A stretch of DNA of 33,213 bases from a virus (Duplodnaviria > Heunggongvirae > Uroviricota > Caudoviricetes). The stretch lies in the IMG/VR virus record IMGVR_UViG_3300045988_101411. One strand, written 5' to 3'. The position numbers were made by a program, and so were the translations under genes. The notes below the pieces were generated by a model, which saw only the letters and a list, made by a program, of their open reading frames with translations, had not been told where the DNA came from and ran no database searches. This document shows, in pieces, positions 29,181-33,213 of this stretch; the first letter of the stretch is position 1; each line of letters opens with the position of its first letter.

Positions 29181-29445
29181 ATGAGCCAAAAGCCTCTGAA
29201 CAACGCTTGCTGAGTTGCTCAACCTGCGCGTTTAAATCAGCAAAAGACTTTGCGCTTCCGGTCAGAATATCGTGATGCATCAGGCCGGAAACGAGCTGGC
29301 TTAATTTCGGGTAATAACCAACCACCGACAGCCATTCCTGACCGGCGTTTTTACCGCTTTCCGCTCTCTTTTTCTCGTGGAGAATAAACTGAAAGCTGTC
29401 ACTGGTAACGACATAACGTCCGCCAATTTCAATACGAATACTCAT
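29170..29445 (-). CDS. Small early protein (P2 orf83 position), 91 aa
   Basis: ATG with GGAG Shine-Dalgarno; synteny. Confidence 0.7.
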   Translation of the reverse strand: MSIRIEIGGRYVVTSDSFQFILHEKKRAESGKNAGQEWLSVVGYYPKLSQLVSGLMHHDILTGSAKSFADLNAQVEQLSKRCSEAFGSYGR

Positions 29446-29666
29446 GCCGTTCTCCGGTAATGTTTGTTTTTTGCTTCAAAGACTGACTGACAGGAAACAC
29501 AACGCGTGGCTGACGGATAAGCCGCACGACGGGCAGCAGGTATTGGTGCGTCACACTCTTCGCAAACCAGCGCAGAAACACCGCAATGTTTTACCCTTGC
29601 CGCGTTAATCTGGCGCTCCAGTAATTCAGCCTGTTGTTCCTGAATAAAATCTACGTTGTCCGGCAT
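29442..29666 (-). CDS. TraR/DksA-family C4 zinc-finger protein (P2 orf82 position), 74 aa
   Basis: CxxC...CxxC (CEECD ... CVSCQ); AAGGAG Shine-Dalgarno; synteny. Confidence 0.75.
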   Translation of the reverse strand: MPDNVDFIQEQQAELLERQINAARVKHCGVSALVCEECDAPIPAARRAAYPSATRCVSCQSVFEAKNKHYRRTA

Positions 29667-29668
29667 TA

Positions 29669-29968
29669 TCAGCTCCTTTTATCGTTAAGTTTCCTGGATA
29701 CATCAGCGCAATAACTGGCAAGTTCTGTCGTTAATTTTGTCAGTTCATCCACTGAGGAAATTTGCTTATGAAATACAGCGCGTTTAACAAGTAAATTGAC
29801 CACATCAGACAGGAGATTTAATTCGTTCTGATAAATCGCGAAAACAGATTCAGTTATTTCGCGTTTTTCTTTATCAAACCTAAGTTGAATAAGAGACAAA
29901 TCGCCATTCTCCATAACGGCGATTTTTAAGGCGTTATTCAGTAATACAACTGAACGAGAACAGGACAT
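29669..29968 (-). CDS. Small early protein (P2 orf81 position), about 99 aa
   Basis: ATG 29966-29968 with GGGAGG Shine-Dalgarno (track start is a TTG one codon upstream). Confidence 0.7.
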   Translation of the reverse strand: MSCSRSVVLLNNALKIAVMENGDLSLIQLRFDKEKREITESVFAIYQNELNLLSDVVNLLVKRAVFHKQISSVDELTKLTTELASYCADVSRKLNDKRS

Positions 29969-30192
29969 CAAAGCACCTCCCCGCGAGACAATCCGATATT
30001 GTGAAATTTTTCCGACTCCTGACTGAGCAGCTCGACTATCTCCACGCGGGATAACTCCGCCTTTGTGATATGGCGAATCATGGCGTCAAGATGAGAAGAA
30101 AAGCGTGTCGCTGCGTCGGCCTGTGCTTCGGCTCTGGCCTATTGCAGCAGTAATGCGTATTTACCGCACTTGTTTTCAGAAACTGTATGCAT
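29968..30192 (-). pseudogene. orf80-position small ORF interrupted by an in-frame TAG at codon 18 (30139-30141)
   Basis: Manual translation: [76 protein letters not shown], ending with TGA that overlaps the next ATG (TGATG). Confidence 0.45.
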
Positions 30193-30255
30193 AACTTTCT
30201 CCAGGCAAAAAGAAGCCCCGCACGATTAAGTGCGTTAAAAACTCTGGTTGATTAT

Positions 30256-30762
30256 TTAATGCAGATATTGCTCTGGTTTTACCGACGTCAGAATTGTCGG
30301 TGCATACTCAAACAGACTGAATAACTCACGTAATGCACGGAATAAAGCATCACGCCAGTAACATGATTCTTCATTAATTCGCCAGTATGGCTGGTTAAAT
30401 TCTTTTTCTGTCAGTCGTGCGTGCATAAATAAAGTACGGCGCTGACTGACTGTTAAAAAACTAATATATGCATACTCACTTGCGCCAACCTGACGGCGTT
30501 TTGAGAATGCCCCACGCAATTCATCAATTGCACAAACCAGTCGTTCACGTTCGACGTCGTTCATTTCTTCAAAACGCATCGTTGCGTGACGCTGTTTTAA
30601 CTGCGCATGAAAGCAAACCGTTAGCCGTTCGCGTTCCATCATCTGATTATAATAATCGCATGTCTCCTGCCAGCGAGGGACGGCCAGATGCTTACCAATT
30701 ATCCGGCGCATAGTTGCTGGCTGTTTTTCAACGAGATTGAGCGTCATCACTGTCATTTCCAT
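30256..30762 (-). CDS. B: Replication protein B, 168 aa
   Basis: Length close to P2 B (about 166 aa as recalled); GGAGGG Shine-Dalgarno; synteny between orf78 and orf80. Confidence 0.8.
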   Translation of the reverse strand: MEMTVMTLNLVEKQPATMRRIIGKHLAVPRWQETCDYYNQMMERERLTVCFHAQLKQRHATMRFEEMNDVERERLVCAIDELRGAFSKRRQVGASEYAYISFLTVSQRRTLFMHARLTEKEFNQPYWRINEESCYWRDALFRALRELFSLFEYAPTILTSVKPEQYLH

Positions 30763-30923
30763 ACCCTCCGGCTTTTCAGAAAGGTCAGAGCCTTTTTTAA
30801 CGGACTCTGTTTTTTGGTGCGGATAATGATTCCCTTACGCCCCTTACCGTGGGTGATGGTGAAGTCAATCGCCCTGGGGCTTTCGTTACGCAGTAACTGA
30901 GCAATACAACGAGGTTCATTCAT
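30753..30923 (-). CDS. Small early protein (P2 orf78 position), about 56 aa
   Basis: ATG 30921-30923 with AAGGAG Shine-Dalgarno; track ORF extended to GTG. Confidence 0.6.
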   Translation of the reverse strand: MNEPRCIAQLLRNESPRAIDFTITHGKGRKGIIIRTKKQSPLKKALTFLKSRRVWK

Positions 30924-30933
30924 ACGGTTCTCC

Positions 30934-31209
30934 TTAACGTGGTTCACCGAGACCTAACCACATCAACCAGCCGTCACGAATCTCTTTAGGGCGGCTTTCA
31001 TAAGCCAGTTTTAGTCCGTTATTCCATGCCGGAAGGTATACCCAATATTCACCTGCACGACCTGAAGCTGATTGTGGATCGGTCATATCAATTACAGGCA
31101 GCTTTCCTTTATCGATCATCCGACGAACCGCTCCTGTCGATTTTCCTATTAGTTTTGCGAACTCCTGATAAGGAATCGCATCAGTCATGAGTGTTACTTG
31201 CTTGCTCAT
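30934..31209 (-). CDS. cox: Cox excisionase/repressor of Pc, 91 aa
   Basis: MSKQVTLMTDAIPYQEFAKLIGKSTGAVRRMIDKGKLPVI... helix-turn-helix; GGAGGA Shine-Dalgarno; divergent from C; length matches P2 Cox. Confidence 0.9.
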   Translation of the reverse strand: MSKQVTLMTDAIPYQEFAKLIGKSTGAVRRMIDKGKLPVIDMTDPQSASGRAGEYWVYLPAWNNGLKLAYESRPKEIRDGWLMWLGLGEPR

Positions 31210-31290
31210 GTCGTCCTCCAGCCCTCATGAATTGCGTTTAATGCCTTATAATGCCTTTTAGTGCACACATCCAAGCACTAAACAATCTAC

Positions 31291-31320
31291 ATCTAAACTA
31301 AATACTATTGAGATCTAAAC
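31291..31320. promoter_or_regulatory. Candidate C-repressor operator: 8-bp direct repeat ATCTAAAC x2 spaced 22 bp, in the Pe/Pc switch region
   Basis: ATCTAAAC at 31291-31298 and 31313-31320 (third partial copy CTAAAC at 31277-31282); P2 C is known to bind direct repeats about two helical turns apart flanking the Pe -10. Confidence 0.5.
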
Positions 31321-31323
31321 ACC

Positions 31324-31623
31324 ATGTCAAACACGATAAGCGAGAAGATAGTCTTAATGCGAAAATCAGAGTATTTGAGCAGACAACAACTTGCTGATTT
31401 AACAGGGGTTCCGTATGGCACGCTGAGTTACTATGAAAGTGGTCGTTCAACACCTCCAACAGATGTCATGATGAACATCCTGCAGACCCCACAATTCACC
31501 AAATACACTTTATGGTTCATGACCAATCAGATCGCTCCTGAGTCCGGGCAAATTGCGCCCGCTCTCGCACACTTTGGGCAAAACGAAACAACGTCTCCCC
31601 ACTCCGGTCAAAAGACTGGTTAA
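31324..31623 (+). CDS. C: Immunity repressor C, 99 aa
   Basis: Helix-turn-helix QQLADLTGVPYGTLSYYESG; length matches P2 C; upstream of int on the same strand. Confidence 0.9.
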   Translation: MSNTISEKIVLMRKSEYLSRQQLADLTGVPYGTLSYYESGRSTPPTDVMMNILQTPQFTKYTLWFMTNQIAPESGQIAPALAHFGQNETTSPHSGQKTG

Positions 31624-31738
31624 CAATTCATCGTGAATATATTCATCACAAGTGCCTACTATTGGTGGCTAAATTTCAGCCACCACGAAAAAAGCGATTA
31701 GTAGTCGCCAAAAAACACACCACTCGGAGGGTTTTCTG

Positions 31739-32752
31739 ATGGCAATCAAAAAACTCGATGATGGTCGATATGAAGTGGACATCCGCCCTACTGGACGTAA
31801 TGGAAAACGCATCCGTAGGAAGTTTGATAAGAAAAGCGAAGCTGTCGCTTTCGAGAAATACACGTTGTACAACCACCACAATAAAGAATGGCTATCAAAA
31901 CCAACAGACAAGCGACGTCTGTCGGAGCTGACACAGATCTGGTGGGATTTAAAGGGTAAACACGAAGAGCATGGGAAATCTAATCTTGGAAAAATTGAAA
32001 TCTTCACAAAAATAACGAATGACCCATGCGCATTTCAAATTACGAAATCGCTTATCAGCCAGTACTGCGCCACCCGAAGAAGTCAGGGTATTAAACCTTC
32101 GAGTATCAATCGTGATTTAACATGTATTAGCGGCATGTTTACAGCCCTGATTGAAGCGGAGTTATTCTTTGGTGAGCACCCTATCAGAGGGACAAAAAGG
32201 CTTAAGGAGGAAAAACCAGACACAGGCTATCTCACGCAGGAAGAAATTGCCTTACTGCTTGCTGCTCTTGACGGCGACAATAAAAAGATTGCGATTCTTT
32301 GCCTGAGTACTGGAGCTCGTTGGGGAGAAGCAGCTCGTTTGAAAGCAGAAAATATCATCCATAACCGCGTCACGTTTGTTAAAACGAAAACAAACAAACC
32401 ACGCACCGTCCCGATCTCAGAGGCTGTTGCCAAAATGATCGCGGATAACAAACGAGGTTTTTTATTCCCTGATGCTGATTACCCTCGCTTCAGACGAACA
32501 ATGAAAGCAATAAAACCGGATTTGCCAATGGGGCAAGCCACACATGCACTAAGGCACAGCTTTGCCACTCATTTCATGATTAATGGAGGAAGTATTATCA
32601 CGCTACAACGGATACTAGGTCACACGCGGATTGAGCAAACTATGGTTTACGCTCATTTTGCTCCAGAGTACCTTCAGGACGCCATTTCTCTTAATCCGCT
32701 GAGAGGTGGTACTGAGGCCGAGAGTGTCCACACAGTGTCCACAGTAGAGTAA
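31739..32752 (+). CDS. int: Tyrosine integrase, 337 aa
   Basis: Catalytic-domain residues R...HxLRHxxAT...Y (ALRHSFATHF, MVYAHF); length matches P2 Int; adjacent to att core. Confidence 0.92.
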   Translation: MAIKKLDDGRYEVDIRPTGRNGKRIRRKFDKKSEAVAFEKYTLYNHHNKEWLSKPTDKRRLSELTQIWWDLKGKHEEHGKSNLGKIEIFTKITNDPCAFQITKSLISQYCATRRSQGIKPSSINRDLTCISGMFTALIEAELFFGEHPIRGTKRLKEEKPDTGYLTQEEIALLLAALDGDNKKIAILCLSTGARWGEAARLKAENIIHNRVTFVKTKTNKPRTVPISEAVAKMIADNKRGFLFPDADYPRFRRTMKAIKPDLPMGQATHALRHSFATHFMINGGSIITLQRILGHTRIEQTMVYAHFAPEYLQDAISLNPLRGGTEAESVHTVSTVE

Positions 32753-32831
32753 CGTTTAAGGGCTTTCAGTGGTCATTTATGCCGCTCAAACCCGCATTGT
32801 ACCGTTGAAAGCCCCTACTGATGACACCCTA

Positions 32832-32859
32832 AATCTCCCTTACACGGGCTTATTTTTTA
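32832..32859. repeat. att core copy (int-proximal junction, attL-type)
   Basis: Identical 28-mer to 106-133. Confidence 0.9.
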
Positions 32860-33213
32860 TACATAAACCATAGAGACGGATTGATCCCAGGTGACCGTCT
32901 TCCATTGACCACATCGATAGAATCTCCCTTCATAGCACGATGCCTTTCACGTAACGGCATCGTGCTCGCACAGGTTCCGGTTACGCACAGCCAGAACGCG
33001 CATGTTTGACGCTTACCAAAAAATATTCTCACTCTCCACATTTGAATGTCAGACGAGCGACGCCATGTAATCCTGCACCTTCTGTCTTCAGGTCAACTAT
33101 CTGCATTTTTTTGCCCTGAGTAACACAGAAATGGGCTGCATCATTTTTTACTATATTTTCTGCACCAGATATTCTGCCCCTGGCTAAAGAAGCTTCGGCT
33201 TCGGTGTAGTATT

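Larger units (their letters stand above)
106..32859. mobile_element. Complete integrated P2-like prophage (att core to att core), all structural, lysis, replication and lysogeny modules present
   Basis: 28-bp perfect direct repeat at both ends; full P2 gene order and P2-matching protein lengths between them; cos site internal; int adjacent to one repeat, ogr adjacent to the other. Confidence 0.92.

Noticed and set aside
31655-31678. Stem-loop TGGTGGCT / AGCCACCA between C and int as a terminator
   Set aside because: It is followed by an A-run, not a U-run, on the C/int transcript strand, and in P2 int is co-transcribed with C; not a canonical terminator.
32850-33041. 63-aa minus-strand ORF in the right flank
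   Set aside because: Spans the att core and flank, has no Shine-Dalgarno and a Cys/Arg-rich low-complexity translation; more likely non-coding remnant DNA.

Overview
The window is almost entirely one complete P2-like (Peduovirus-type) prophage, about 32.75 kb, bounded by a 28-bp perfect direct repeat (AATCTCCCTTACACGGGCTTATTTTTTA) at 106-133 and 32832-32859. This repeat matches my recollection of the P2 att core. The prophage lies inverted relative to the conventional P2 map: ogr-D-U-T-E/E'-FII-FI | cargo | G-H-I-J-W-V-S-R-lysC/B/A-K-Y-X-L-M-N-O on the minus strand, P-Q on the plus strand, cos (revcomp of GGCGAGGCGGGGAAAGCAC) at 23718-23736, cargo, then small orf-ASCH-A-orf83/82/81-(orf80 with in-frame amber)-B-orf78-cox on the minus strand, and C-int on the plus strand. 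Backbone protein lengths match what I recall for P2 nearly gene for gene (from memory, no database search). The tail fibre H is longer than P2 H and has a His-rich C-terminus. Two visibly AT-rich cargo islands sit in the two classical P2 moron/defence hotspots. (1) The Z/fun position between G and FI holds a single gene for a membrane-anchored protein with a DxDxDGxxD calcium-loop-like motif. (2) The tin/old position between cos and the replication module holds a two-gene cassette: a protein with two N-terminal TM helices, followed by a 429-aa protein with a PD-(D/E)xK-like nuclease signature (D174 ... E187-V-K189). I do not recognise either protein as a named system, and the 429-aa protein has no P-loop, so it is not Old. 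The two-gene cassette is my best candidate for an undescribed anti-phage system; the Z/fun gene is second. Short flanks (1-105, 32860-33213) look like host DNA; the right flank carries degenerate copies of phage att-arm sequence, suggesting an older P2-like remnant at this site. All coordinates are from manual reading; note that the ORF track extends ORFs to GTG/TTG starts, so several starts were moved to internal ATGs with Shine-Dalgarno support.
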